A stretch of 43,810 nucleotides of DNA from Azoarcus sp. (GCA_031257305.1 JAIRPB010000057.1:1-43810), one strand, 5' to 3'. Positions 1 to 9,717 are shown, counted from the stretch's first letter. Program-made: numbers and translations. Notes: a model not told the origin generated them from the letters alone.

Positions 1-152
1 ACAAATATTGGACTGCCTTACCGGCCCTTCCTGCCACACCGCAAGAACCTACCAGCCCCCCCGAAAAAGAACGCATGGACTTTGAGCTTTGGGGTGAATG
101 CGTACCGGATTCCTGGCGGGCGGTATGACGGGGAATCATAAAATACGCTAGC

Positions 153-234
153 CGTCACGGTAAGCGAAGCAATCCGTACCTTTCCCATCCCGGACCGCTG
201 TGGATTGCACGGCGCCGTGCGCCTCGCAATGACG
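153..234. repeat. CGTC-type palindromic (REP/RPE-like) element, degenerate left arm
   Basis: CGTCACGGTAAGCGAAGCAATCC...GGATTGC...CCTCGCAATGACG; shares GCGAAGCAATCC and CTCGCAAT with the copy at 43617-43688. Confidence 0.7.
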
Positions 235-287
235 AGGGCGGGTTGAAGGCGAATCGTTGCTAATGGAATTGCTGTGCCGCTTTATAG

Positions 288-317
288 AAAAGGGGATGCC
301 GCTCCCGGCATCCCCTT
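288..317 (-). terminator. Rho-independent terminator of the che operon
   Basis: 12-bp stem AAGGGGATGCCG-ctcc-CGGCATCCCCTT with a short T run on the minus strand, 17 nt after the cheA stop. Confidence 0.75.
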
Positions 318-334
318 ATGGCATATCCGGCTTT

Positions 335-2269
335 TCAGGCCGCAGCCGTTTCTTTGCATTCGGGCTTCTTTTCTGCCTTAACTAGCCTGTCGCGGGGGAC
401 GCCGCGCTGTTCGCCTGCTGAACCGATAAGTTCTTTCATGTCGAGAATCAGCACAATCTGCCCATTTGAGAGCGTGGTCACGCCTGCCACGCCTTTGGGC
501 CGGAAATCGTCGAGCGACTTGATGACGGCATCCTCGCGGCCGGCGAAACTGTCTATGGCTAAGATGTAAGACAAATCCGCCATTTGCATCAGTACGCCGT
601 ATTCGGGCGTGGCGTCATGTTCCCAGCCAAGCAGGTTGCTTAACGGCAGAATCGGGATGACTTCGCCACGGACCACCATCGTGGCGCGGCCGCCGACTTC
701 TTTGACTTCGTTGGGGTCGATGGGCAATATCTCGCGCACCATCGACAGCGGCACGGCAAAAGGCTGGGTGTCTAGCTTGACTAACAGCACCGGCAGGATG
801 GCCAGCGTCAGGGGCAGGTTGATAATGAAGGTGGTGCCTTTGCCTTGTACGGAATGGATGTCGATGGTCCCGTTGAGCTTTTGGATGTTGGTCCGCACTA
901 CGTCCATGCCTACGCCACGGCCTGAAACGTCGGAAATTTTGGGAGCCAGCGAGAAGCCCGGCAGAAAAATGAGGTTATAGCTCTGATGTTCGTCCATTGT
1001 GTTGGCTTCTTCGTCAGAGATAAGCCCTTTTTCAACGGCTTTGGCCCGCAGTTTTTCGGGGTTCATGCCGTGCCCGTCGTCTGAGACGAGGATAACGATA
1101 TGGTCCCCTTCCTGGCGCGCTTCCAGACGTACATCGGCTTTTTCGGACTTGCCCGCGATGCGGCGTTCTTCGGCGGACTCCACGCCGTGGTCAACCGCGT
1201 TGCGGATGAGGTGGATGATGGGGTCGGACAAATCTTCAATCATCGTTTTGTCGATTTCGGTTTCTTCGCCGACGAGAACCAGTTCAACATCTTTGCCGAG
1301 GCTGCGGGCGAGGTCCCGCGCAATCCGGGGGTATTTCTGGAATAGCCGCCCAATGGGCTGCATGCGCGTTTTCATGACCGCGTTTTGCAAATCGGACACC
1401 AGCAAATCAAGCTGGCTAACCGCCACATCAAGCGCGTGCAGGGTTTCGGTATCGTTGTGGCCGTTGAGAATGTCGCTACGCAGGGCGTTGAGCCGGTTTT
1501 TGGTCAGCCCAATTTCGCCGGAAAGATTCAGCACTTGGTCCAGCCGTGCGGTATCCACGCGGATGGACGTGTCGCGCTGGCGTTCTTCGGTGCGGCGTCC
1601 CGTGGGGGCACTTGATGCCGTGGCCGGGTTGTCGGTGGCCCGCCGCCCTAGCGCGTTTTTGATGATGACTTCGGGAGTGGCATCAGGAGCAGGCGTAACC
1701 GGCGTCACGGCTGTGCTTGTGGAAGCCTGCGCGACGGGAGCTATGGCGGTGACGGCCGTGTGAAGTTCATTCCAGTTGGGTTCCCCTGCCCCGCCGGCGG
1801 CGGGGGCGGGCACGGCGGCAGCAGGGGTAGCCTGTGCCGGCTGTGCCGCAGCGGGGGCGGCGGGCGCGGATGCCTTTTCATCGCTTTGTACGGCCTTGAG
1901 CGAGGCAATTACGTTTGCATCGGCAGGTGACGGCAGCACGCCTTGCGAGAGCTGGTTGAACATGTCGCGCACACCGGCTGTCGCGGCCAATATCACATCC
2001 ATGATTTCGGAATTAACCGTGAGTTCGCCGTTGCGCAATTTGTCGAACAGGCTCTCGGTGAGGTGGCACAGCGTGACGAGTTCAGAGGCGTTGAGAAAGC
2101 CCGCGCCGCCTTTGATGGTGTGGAAACCCCGGAAAATGTCGTTGAGCAAACCCCGGTCGTCCGGGCTGCGTTCGAGGTCGACGAGTTTGTTGTCGACACC
2201 AGAGAGAAGGTCTTCCGCTTCTGTCAGAAAATCCTGTAATAGGTCTTCCATCCCAGCAAAGTCACTCAT
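335..2269 (-). CDS. cheA: Chemotaxis histidine kinase CheA (HPt, linker, dimerisation, HATPase, CheW domains; no obvious P2 domain)
   Basis: IFRGFHTIKGGAG HPt motif, HLIRNAVDHG, SDVSGRGVGMDVV, LPLTLAI. Confidence 0.97.
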   Translation of the reverse strand: MSDFAGMEDLLQDFLTEAEDLLSGVDNKLVDLERSPDDRGLLNDIFRGFHTIKGGAGFLNASELVTLCHLTESLFDKLRNGELTVNSEIMDVILAATAGVRDMFNQLSQGVLPSPADANVIASLKAVQSDEKASAPAAPAAAQPAQATPAAAVPAPAAGGAGEPNWNELHTAVTAIAPVAQASTSTAVTPVTPAPDATPEVIIKNALGRRATDNPATASSAPTGRRTEERQRDTSIRVDTARLDQVLNLSGEIGLTKNRLNALRSDILNGHNDTETLHALDVAVSQLDLLVSDLQNAVMKTRMQPIGRLFQKYPRIARDLARSLGKDVELVLVGEETEIDKTMIEDLSDPIIHLIRNAVDHGVESAEERRIAGKSEKADVRLEARQEGDHIVILVSDDGHGMNPEKLRAKAVEKGLISDEEANTMDEHQSYNLIFLPGFSLAPKISDVSGRGVGMDVVRTNIQKLNGTIDIHSVQGKGTTFIINLPLTLAILPVLLVKLDTQPFAVPLSMVREILPIDPNEVKEVGGRATMVVRGEVIPILPLSNLLGWEHDATPEYGVLMQMADLSYILAIDSFAGREDAVIKSLDDFRPKGVAGVTTLSNGQIVLILDMKELIGSAGEQRGVPRDRLVKAEKKPECKETAAA

Positions 2270-2293
2270 GATTTGCTCCCAATTTTTTTCATA

Positions 2294-3202
2294 CTAAAAC
2301 CCTAGGCTCGCCAGCAGGTCGTCCACCTGTTCTTGGTTGGTGACAACATCGTCGCGCCCTTCGCTGTTAGTCACCGGCCCGTTCAAGAGGCTGCCTGCTT
2401 TTTCGGTGCGGACTTCTTCCGGCGCGGATTCGATAAGCACCTCAAGTAGCTGCGATTCAAGCGCCTGGGCCATTTCAAGGACTTTCTTGATAACTTGCCC
2501 GGTTAAATCCTGAAAATCCTGCGCCATGATAATTTCATGAAGCTGCGCATCCGTCACCTGGCTGTTCGCGGTAGCCGTGCTAAGGAACGTGCGCGTGTCA
2601 CCGGCCAATGCCTTGAACTCTTCAACCGATAGCTGGTTGCCGTAGAGTTTGTCCCAACGCCCGTGCAGGGACGTGGAGTCGGCCTGGATTTTGGCCACCA
2701 GAGGCCGGGCAATGTCTGCGGCGTTGAGCACTTTGCTGGCGGCCTGCTCGGTCATTTGTACGACATAGGTCAGGCGCTGGCGCGTGTCGGGCATCGAATT
2801 CGCTACGGCTTGCAATTTGCTGTCTAACCCCAGCTCGATGAGCATATCGTGCAATTTGCGCGTCATTTTGCCGATGCGTTTGTAGACGGCAACGTCCCGG
2901 TTTTCGTCAGAGGCATCATCATTTGCCGCAGACACATATTTGCCAGATTCGGAATCGAACAACGCTTGGAGTTCGTCGTTATCGTCCCCGTCTGACGCAG
3001 CCTTGGGCGCAGGAGCGGTTGCAGGCTGCGCCACCGGGGCTTGCGCCGCAGGGGCTTGCGCCGCCGGTTGCGGCGGAGTCACAGCGGGTGTTGTTCCAGC
3101 GGGCGAGGTTTCCCCGCCGTCCCCGCCTGCCGCGATGTTGTCGAACAAGGATTGGAGTTCGTCCGAATCGCCCGTTTCGTCTATTTTCCGTTTAGCCACC
3201 AT
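2294..3202 (-). CDS. cheZ: Chemotaxis phosphatase CheZ
   Basis: IIMAQDFQDLTGQVIKKV catalytic motif and C-terminal QEQVDDLLASLGF. Confidence 0.96.
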   Translation of the reverse strand: MVAKRKIDETGDSDELQSLFDNIAAGGDGGETSPAGTTPAVTPPQPAAQAPAAQAPVAQPATAPAPKAASDGDDNDELQALFDSESGKYVSAANDDASDENRDVAVYKRIGKMTRKLHDMLIELGLDSKLQAVANSMPDTRQRLTYVVQMTEQAASKVLNAADIARPLVAKIQADSTSLHGRWDKLYGNQLSVEEFKALAGDTRTFLSTATANSQVTDAQLHEIIMAQDFQDLTGQVIKKVLEMAQALESQLLEVLIESAPEEVRTEKAGSLLNGPVTNSEGRDDVVTNQEQVDDLLASLGF

Positions 3203-3302
3203 CGGCCCCCATTCCTTTGTACCGGCTCCTGCCTAAACAGCAGGGGGCAAACCTTGAAACAACCACGCAAGAAGTACGCATCACTTGCTTCACCCTAAAC
3301 CA

Positions 3303-3701
3303 TCAGGCCGGTTTCATTTTTTCAAATATTTTTTCTAGCTTCTCAGCTAGGGTTCCCGACGTGAAAGGCTTGACGATATAGCCGCTTGCGCCGGCCTGCG
3401 CGGCGGCGATGATGTTTTCTTTTTTGGCCTCCGCCGTAATCATCAGGACGGGCAAGTGTTTGAGTTGCGCTGAACTCCTAATTTTTTGCAGCAGCGTTAG
3501 CCCATCCATATTGGGCATGTTCCAGTCGGAAACAACAAACTGGTACTCCGACGGCATCGCTTCGAGTTTTTGCAGGGCCACCGCGCCATCCTCGGCTTCG
3601 TCCGCATTGGTGTATCCCAGCTCTTTCAGCAGATTTCGGACGATGCGCCGCATCGTCGAAAAATCATCCACGATTAGGAATTTCGTTTTGGTGTCGCCCA
3701 T
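3303..3701 (-). CDS. cheY: Chemotaxis response regulator CheY
   Basis: [40 protein letters not shown]. Confidence 0.98.
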   Translation of the reverse strand: MGDTKTKFLIVDDFSTMRRIVRNLLKELGYTNADEAEDGAVALQKLEAMPSEYQFVVSDWNMPNMDGLTLLQKIRSSAQLKHLPVLMITAEAKKENIIAAAQAGASGYIVKPFTSGTLAEKLEKIFEKMKPA

Positions 3702-3739
3702 CGTCCTTCTCCGGTCTCTCTCTCAAGAACGTATTGCTT

Positions 3740-4717
3740 TCACGCCGGATGGCCGCGCTGGAGGAGTGGCCGTAAGGTCTGCGCGAGAACATCCGCATCG
3801 AATTTCGCAACATAAGCATCTACGCCAACCCGTTTGCCCATCGCCTTGTTGGCTTCAGACGAAAGCGACGAGTGCATGACAACGGGAATGCCGTCAAAAC
3901 GGCTGTCGTTCTTGATATTGCGGGTGAGGACGTAACCGTCCATTTCAGGCATTTCGGCATCGACGAGGATGAGGTCGATTTCGTCCGAGACGTGATGCCC
4001 GGTTTGCTGCGCGTGGCTGGCCATACCTTCAAGGCGAGTCCACGCTTCCATCCCGTTCTGGGCATGTTTATGCCTAACGCCTAATTTTTCAAGCACTTCG
4101 CCGATTTTGCGCCGTGCCACGGCAGAGTCATCCACGAAGAATACGTTGTAATTATCGCCGCCGTGCAGAGGGTCGATGTTGCCTACCACGGCTTCGCCAA
4201 ATGTGTTGGCGAGGATGCCTTCCACATCAAGAATAGATACCAGCTTGCCGTCGGCCAGTTCGGTAATCGCGGTGATATAGCTGTGCAGGTTGCTCTGGAC
4301 GTTTTCTGGCGCACGGACTTTGTCCCATTCCACGCGGATGATGCGGTCAACGCCTTCAACCAAAAATCCCAATGTGCGCTTGCTGTATTCAGTGACCATC
4401 ATCGAAGCGCCCAGCGGCGCACCGGGCCGGGCCAGGCCGAGTATTTTGGCAAGCGAGAGCACCGGAATTACATTGCCGCGCAGGGAAATCAGCCCTTCCA
4501 CGCCGTTGGGCATGTTGGGGGCTTTGGTGATAAAGGGAGAGGCGGAGACTTCACGCACTTTGAATACGTTAATCCCAAACGTCTCGCTGGTGCCTAGCGA
4601 GAACAGCAGGATTTCCATCCGGTTTGAGCCGGCCAGCATAGCCCGCCCATCGACGGCTTCAAACAAGGCTTGGTCGGTTTTGATTGCCGAATTGTTTTGT
4701 GGCTCCAGACTTAGCAT
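3740..4717 (-). CDS. cheV: CheV-type coupling protein (CheW + receiver), second paralog
   Basis: EILLFSLG..FGINVFKVREV CheW domain and VDAEMPEMDGY receiver; start moved to the ATG at 4717, just after the upstream paralog's stop. Confidence 0.9.
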   Translation of the reverse strand: MLSLEPQNNSAIKTDQALFEAVDGRAMLAGSNRMEILLFSLGTSETFGINVFKVREVSASPFITKAPNMPNGVEGLISLRGNVIPVLSLAKILGLARPGAPLGASMMVTEYSKRTLGFLVEGVDRIIRVEWDKVRAPENVQSNLHSYITAITELADGKLVSILDVEGILANTFGEAVVGNIDPLHGGDNYNVFFVDDSAVARRKIGEVLEKLGVRHKHAQNGMEAWTRLEGMASHAQQTGHHVSDEIDLILVDAEMPEMDGYVLTRNIKNDSRFDGIPVVMHSSLSSEANKAMGKRVGVDAYVAKFDADVLAQTLRPLLQRGHPA

Positions 4718-4721
4718 GGTT

Positions 4722-5723
4722 TTACCTCGCTTCCGTTTTACCCGGCGGTTCCTCGGCAGGAGACTCATCGGTAATGCCAAGAATTAAGCGGCGCAACGTC
4801 TGCGACAAACGTAGCGGCTCAAATTTTGGGACATATTCGTCAACGCCTACCGAGAGGCCCAATTGCTGGTTCGACATCCCGGATAACGACGAGTGCATAA
4901 TTACGGGTATGCCTTCAAAACGCGGGTCGGATTTAATGTGGCGGGTGAGGATATAGCCGTCCATTTCGGGCATTTCGACATCGGTCAAAACCAAACTCAC
5001 TACCTCGGAGACTTTGTGCCCGCCCGCCGTGGCAGAATCCGCGATTTTTGTCAGTTCTTCCCACGCTTTGCGGCCGTTGACCGCGCCAACATATTTCACG
5101 CCAAGCGAATCCAGCGTCTGCATAATCTGCTTGCGGGCCACGGAAGAGTCATCAGCAAACACCACCGTGTACTGTTCGGCATCGACAATGGGTTTGATTT
5201 CCTTGAAAACAACGGCGTCATTGTCGTAATGCGTGGTTTCAGAGAGCACTTTTTCAACATCCAGCAGCATCACGAGGCGGTTGTCCGTGAGTTCCGTAAC
5301 CGCCGTGACCAGCCCGCCCATGTGCGCGGTGAGCATGTCGGGCGGGACCCGCATCTGCGACCAGTCAAGCCGCAGGATGGTATCCACCGCTTCAACCAGA
5401 AAGCCTTGGGTATGCCCGTTGTATTCCGTCACAATCATGATGTCTCGGGCGGCTTCTTGCCCCACGCCCACATATTTGGCCAAATCAACCACGGGAACCA
5501 GTACGCCGCGCAAACTCACCATGCCTTCAACGGCGGGGGGCATTTCGGGCGCGGCCGTGATTTCGGGCGTCCGCATGACTTCGCGCACCTTAAACACGTT
5601 AATGCCGAATGTTTCGCGCCGTTTCGTCCGCTGGTCCTCGCCTAGCGTAAAGAGCAGGATTTCAAGTTTGTTCGTCCCGGCGAGCCTAGTACGGGCGTCG
5701 ATGTTCTGAAGCAAATCGGACAT
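4722..5723 (-). CDS. cheV: CheV-type coupling protein (CheW + receiver), first paralog
   Basis: RTRLAGTNKLEILLF, FGINVFKVREV, TDVEMPEMDGY. Confidence 0.93.
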   Translation of the reverse strand: MSDLLQNIDARTRLAGTNKLEILLFTLGEDQRTKRRETFGINVFKVREVMRTPEITAAPEMPPAVEGMVSLRGVLVPVVDLAKYVGVGQEAARDIMIVTEYNGHTQGFLVEAVDTILRLDWSQMRVPPDMLTAHMGGLVTAVTELTDNRLVMLLDVEKVLSETTHYDNDAVVFKEIKPIVDAEQYTVVFADDSSVARKQIMQTLDSLGVKYVGAVNGRKAWEELTKIADSATAGGHKVSEVVSLVLTDVEMPEMDGYILTRHIKSDPRFEGIPVIMHSSLSGMSNQQLGLSVGVDEYVPKFEPLRLSQTLRRLILGITDESPAEEPPGKTEAR

Positions 5724-5877
5724 TTCACGCTCTCCGCTTAGAAGCGGCCTCGGCCTTGTTCGGCTGCGGCTTTTTGGTTAATTGGCCTAATTCTGAAATT
5801 GTTGACCGGAACTGCTACGTACCCATATTGACGAGCAAGCCAATGACATTTACCCGCCATGAATACAGTCGCCCAAA

Positions 5878-6537
5878 TCATACGCGAGGATGTTTGCTGT
5901 TACTGTGAAATTCGCCTCCCAAACGCTGCAATATATGCGCGGCAACTTCAGTAATCGTAACAACCTCTTTCAGTGCGCCCAATAGCGCCGCTTCGCGGGG
6001 CATGCCATAAACAACGCAACTGGCCTTGTCCTGCCCAATCGTCCAAGCTCCCGCTTTCATCATACGCAGCAGGCCGGCGGCACCATCTTTGCCCATACCC
6101 GTAAGCAATACGCCTATCGCGCCGGTCCCCACTTGTTCTGCGGCGGAATTGAACAGCACATCCACGGACGGGCGATGCCGGTTGACGGGTTCCCCACGTG
6201 ACAATTCACAAAGATAGCCGCCCCGCTCCGCCTTTTTTATGAGCAAATGGGAATGCCCCGGCGCCAGATAGGCCACGCCGGGTTCGATTATTTCGCCCTG
6301 TTCTGCCTCTTTCACGCTAATGGCGCTCATTGAATCTAGCCGCTGCGCAAATGAGCCGGTAAACATCTCCGGCATGTGCTGCGTCATGAGGATAGGCGGC
6401 ATACCCGCCGGGAGCCGGGTGAGGACTTCCCGGATGGCTTCGGTCCCGCCCGTCGATGCGCCAATAAATATGATGGTTCCCGTATAAGGAACAATTCTTT
6501 TCCTAAACGGGTTGGATGACGTTAATAGTTCATTCAC
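5878..6537 (-). CDS. cheB: CheB methylesterase domain only (no receiver domain)
   Basis: GASTGG, QHMP, HRPSVDVLF and LLTGMGKDG catalytic motifs; only 219 aa. Confidence 0.9.
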   Translation of the reverse strand: MNELLTSSNPFRKRIVPYTGTIIFIGASTGGTEAIREVLTRLPAGMPPILMTQHMPEMFTGSFAQRLDSMSAISVKEAEQGEIIEPGVAYLAPGHSHLLIKKAERGGYLCELSRGEPVNRHRPSVDVLFNSAAEQVGTGAIGVLLTGMGKDGAAGLLRMMKAGAWTIGQDKASCVVYGMPREAALLGALKEVVTITEVAAHILQRLGGEFHSNSKHPRV

Positions 6538-6549
6538 GCCCGTCTCCTG

Positions 6550-7530
6550 TTATTTCAAAGGAGAATCTAGGCGTACATAAACAGTACGGCCAATAGAACA
6601 CAGCAAATCGGTGGCATGCGTAAAACTTTCGGAATGCCCGGCATAAAGCCGCCCATCCCGTCTTAATAGCGGCACAAACCGTTTCAAAATGGCGTACTGC
6701 GTCGGTTTATCAAAATAAATCATTACATTGCGGCAAAAGATTGCGTCCAACGGCCCTTGTATGCGCCATACCGGGGCCAACAGGTTAATTTGCCGGAAAC
6801 TAATCAGCCGCCGCAATTCGGGCCGCACGGTATAGGTATCTTCGCTGCCGCCCGTGTTGTGGGTGAAATAGCGCGCAAGATAGCCCGTTGGCAGACGGTC
6901 TAGCCTATCGGCGCGGTAAATGGCTTTTTCGCCTTGTGCCAGCACGGCCGTATCGATGTCGCTTGCAACGATTTCCACCGGCGGGGTTAATGACGAAAAC
7001 GTTTCACAGGCCGTCATTGCCAATGAGTAGGGTTCCTCCCCCGTCGATGAGGCACAGCACCAGATTTTATAAACGCGCTTTTCCTTGCACTGCTTGAGTT
7101 GGGCGGCTAACAAGTCGAAATGATGCGATTCGCGGAAAAAAGACGTGAGGTTGGTCGTAAGCGAATTGATGAAGGTTTCCCATTCGCTACGGTCCCGTTC
7201 AAGACGCTGCAAATATTGCGCAAAGGTTTTATCGCCGTGCGTCCGTAGCCGGCGCGCCAAACGGCTATAAACCATATCCTGCTTGGCGGGAGAGAGCACA
7301 ATCCCCGAATTTTTATAGAGCAAGTCGCGGATACGCTCAAAGTCGTGCGGGGTAAACGCGAATTCGCGCCCCTGGCTAACCGACGTAGGAAGCCCCGATA
7401 GCATTGACTTGATGGCGTCCTTCCCGCCACGGCTCCCCGCGTTGTTGACGCCAGCCGGACTCGCCAAACCTCCCGGCCCAGGGGTATTTCCCTGCTTGCG
7501 GTCATTGTCGGAATAAGGAGGAAGAACCAT
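6550..7530 (-). CDS. cheR: Chemotaxis methyltransferase CheR
   Basis: LTTNLTSFFRESHHF, IWCCASSTGEEPYS, IFCRNVMIYF; start chosen at ATG 7530, downstream of motB. Confidence 0.94.
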   Translation of the reverse strand: MVLPPYSDNDRKQGNTPGPGGLASPAGVNNAGSRGGKDAIKSMLSGLPTSVSQGREFAFTPHDFERIRDLLYKNSGIVLSPAKQDMVYSRLARRLRTHGDKTFAQYLQRLERDRSEWETFINSLTTNLTSFFRESHHFDLLAAQLKQCKEKRVYKIWCCASSTGEEPYSLAMTACETFSSLTPPVEIVASDIDTAVLAQGEKAIYRADRLDRLPTGYLARYFTHNTGGSEDTYTVRPELRRLISFRQINLLAPVWRIQGPLDAIFCRNVMIYFDKPTQYAILKRFVPLLRRDGRLYAGHSESFTHATDLLCSIGRTVYVRLDSPLK

Positions 7531-7546
7531 GACAAAATCTTCCCGT

Positions 7547-8581
7547 TTATTGAACGGCAGGGTTAAAAGGCAAAGGGGGCGCGGGAACTTGCTGGCCCGG
7601 CTGTTCTGGCTCAATCTCCTGCCCCAGTTCCATCGCGTCTTGAGCCGAATGCACGGATATGTCGGGCGCTCGCCCAATCAGTTCGCTGCGGATAGCCTGC
7701 TCGGACTCCTTATTGAGCACGATGATGCTGATGCGCCGGTTAATCGGGTCAAGCGGGTTTTCGCTATCCAATTGGATGGTGTCAGACAGCCCCACCACGC
7801 GCACCACCTTGCCTGCGTCAAGCCCGCCAGCAATCAGCTCACGCCGCGCCGAGTTGGCGCGGTTAGAGGACAATTCCCAATTCGAGAAAAAACGCTCGCC
7901 GCCCGCGTACTGTGCCGAATCGGTGTGCCCAGAGAGGCTAATCCGGTTCTCGACTTCATTGAGCGCCGCGCCAATCGCACGCAGCAATTCCCGGCTGTAG
8001 GGGCGTAAAACATCGCTGGAAATATCGAACATCGGGCGGTTTTGCTCATCCACAATCTGGATGCGAAGCCCTTCCGAAATAATGTCGATGAGTATCTGGT
8101 TTCTGAACATGCGCAACTGCGTGTTGGCCTCAATTAACGCCTCAATGCGCCCTTTTAGGTCAACGAGCTTCGTGCGTTCGAGGCGTTTTTTCGTTTCGAT
8201 GCCTTCTAGGTCAATACCCGTGCCACGCTGCTGCCTCCGTTCCGCGTTGCTATTGTTAGACCGCTGTTTTTGTTTGACATCGCCGCGCTTCACCTGCCCC
8301 ACCATGCGCGATAAATCTTCCCCGCCCCCCTGAAGGATGCTGGAGCTATCGCCGGAACCTTGCCCGCCCTGCATCGCTACTTTGAGCGGGTTTTGGAAAT
8401 GGTCCGAAATTCCTTTGAGGTCGCCTTGGGACGTTGAGCCAAGCAGCCACATCATCAGGAAGAACGCCATCATCGCGGTTACGAAGTCGGCATACGCAAT
8501 CTTCCACGCCCCGCCATGCGCGGCGGCGGAAGATTTTTTGATGCGTTTGACGATAATGGGCTGTTGGGTGTCGTCAGCCAC
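7547..8581 (-). CDS. motB: Flagellar stator protein MotB
   Basis: WKIAYADFVTAMMAFF transmembrane segment; OmpA-like GHTD...NWELSSNRA...NRRI. Confidence 0.97.
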   Translation of the reverse strand: MADDTQQPIIVKRIKKSSAAAHGGAWKIAYADFVTAMMAFFLMMWLLGSTSQGDLKGISDHFQNPLKVAMQGGQGSGDSSSILQGGGEDLSRMVGQVKRGDVKQKQRSNNSNAERRQQRGTGIDLEGIETKKRLERTKLVDLKGRIEALIEANTQLRMFRNQILIDIISEGLRIQIVDEQNRPMFDISSDVLRPYSRELLRAIGAALNEVENRISLSGHTDSAQYAGGERFFSNWELSSNRANSARRELIAGGLDAGKVVRVVGLSDTIQLDSENPLDPINRRISIIVLNKESEQAIRSELIGRAPDISVHSAQDAMELGQEIEPEQPGQQVPAPPLPFNPAVQ

Positions 8582-8595
8582 CGCGTGTCTCCCTA

Positions 8596-9450
8596 TTACC
8601 CTTTGCGGTTCTTGAGTTCTTGCTCAAGCTCCAAGAAAGTGGGCCTATCCGTGGCAAACAGCACTTTGCGCCCAAATTCCACCGCAATTTGCGGCGCGTA
8701 GCCATTCATGCTCGCCAGCAGCACCACTTTCATGACTTGGAAAATTTTGCCGTTCTCTTCTACTTTCTGCTTAATCTGGCCTGCGAGCGGCGCAATAAAA
8801 CCGTATGAAAGCAGAATGCCTAGAAATGTCCCGACCAGCGCCCCGGCCACCATTTTGCCCAGCACGGCAGGCGGCTCGCCTACCGCGCCCATCGTGTTGA
8901 CCACGCCCATCACGCACACCACGATACCGAAAGCCGGCATCGCTTGCCCAATTTCATCAATGGCGTGCGGCGCTTGGTGCGCTTCTTGGTGATGGGTTTC
9001 GATTTCCATATCCATCAGGTTTTCAATCTCAAACGCATTCAGGTTGCCGCCCACCATCATGCGTAAGTAGTCGCACATAAATTCAATAACATGATGGTCG
9101 CTCGACACGCTCGGGTATTTCGAGAAAATCGCGCTGGAATCCGGGTTTTCGACATCACTTTCAATTGACATCAGCCCTTCTTTGCGGACTTTGCCAAGAA
9201 TCTCGTAGAGCAGCGAGAGCAAATCCACATACAGCGCACGGTTGTATTTGGAGCCTTTCAGTGCCATTCCCATTGCGCTAAGGGATGACTTCAGCACCTT
9301 TGACCCATTGCCGGCAATAAACCCGCCAATGAACAGCCCCATGATGGCGATGTACTCTGTCGGGACCCAGAGCGCGACCAAGCTGCCATGAACAGAGAAC
9401 GTCCCAAGCGCGGCAACGATGATAATGACGTAGCCGATGAGCAGTAACAC
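8596..9450 (-). CDS. motA: Flagellar stator protein MotA
   Basis: RKEGLMSIE, PAFGIV, GALVGTFLGILLSYG, AVEFGRK; GTG start at 9450 with a GGAG RBS. Confidence 0.96.
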   Translation of the reverse strand: MLLLIGYVIIIVAALGTFSVHGSLVALWVPTEYIAIMGLFIGGFIAGNGSKVLKSSLSAMGMALKGSKYNRALYVDLLSLLYEILGKVRKEGLMSIESDVENPDSSAIFSKYPSVSSDHHVIEFMCDYLRMMVGGNLNAFEIENLMDMEIETHHQEAHQAPHAIDEIGQAMPAFGIVVCVMGVVNTMGAVGEPPAVLGKMVAGALVGTFLGILLSYGFIAPLAGQIKQKVEENGKIFQVMKVVLLASMNGYAPQIAVEFGRKVLFATDRPTFLELEQELKNRKG

Positions 9451-9623
9451 GGGGTTACTCCAAAACAGTAATAGGCGCATACAATGAATGAAATTCCATT
9501 CGCTTGCCGTGAAAAACGTTGCCGTGCAGAGCAAAAGCTCCCATCGCATCTAGCAATCATTAAAATTTACTTATGTCTTAATACTATGTATTCAATGCCC
9601 TATCCTGTTGAATATACAAAAAC

Positions 9624-9660
9624 AAAACCGGCGGAGGGTTTCCCCTCCGCCGGTTTTTTT
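9624..9660. terminator. Bidirectional Rho-independent terminator after the acyl-CoA dehydrogenase gene
   Basis: AAAACCGGCGGAGGG-tttc-CCCTCCGCCGGTTTTTTT, with A and T tracts on the two sides. Confidence 0.88.
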
Positions 9661-9717
9661 AACTGCCGCAATACCGTTTTTCTTTATGTGCAGGAAAAAC
9701 GGTGTTTGCTTTACCGA

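Noticed and set aside
1-128. Possible 3' end of a + strand gene (..ERMDFELWGECVPDSWRAV*)
   Set aside because: Too short and truncated by the window edge; no recognisable motif.
5757-5785. Possible sigma28 promoter before cheV (GCCGAACA on the minus strand)
   Set aside because: The -10-like box is present, but there is no TAAA -35 box at the expected spacing.
4718-9549. Longer ORF-track starts for cheV (4780), cheR (7677) and motA (9549)
   Set aside because: The extensions overlap neighbouring genes or lack family similarity; the downstream starts fit RBS position and gene spacing better.
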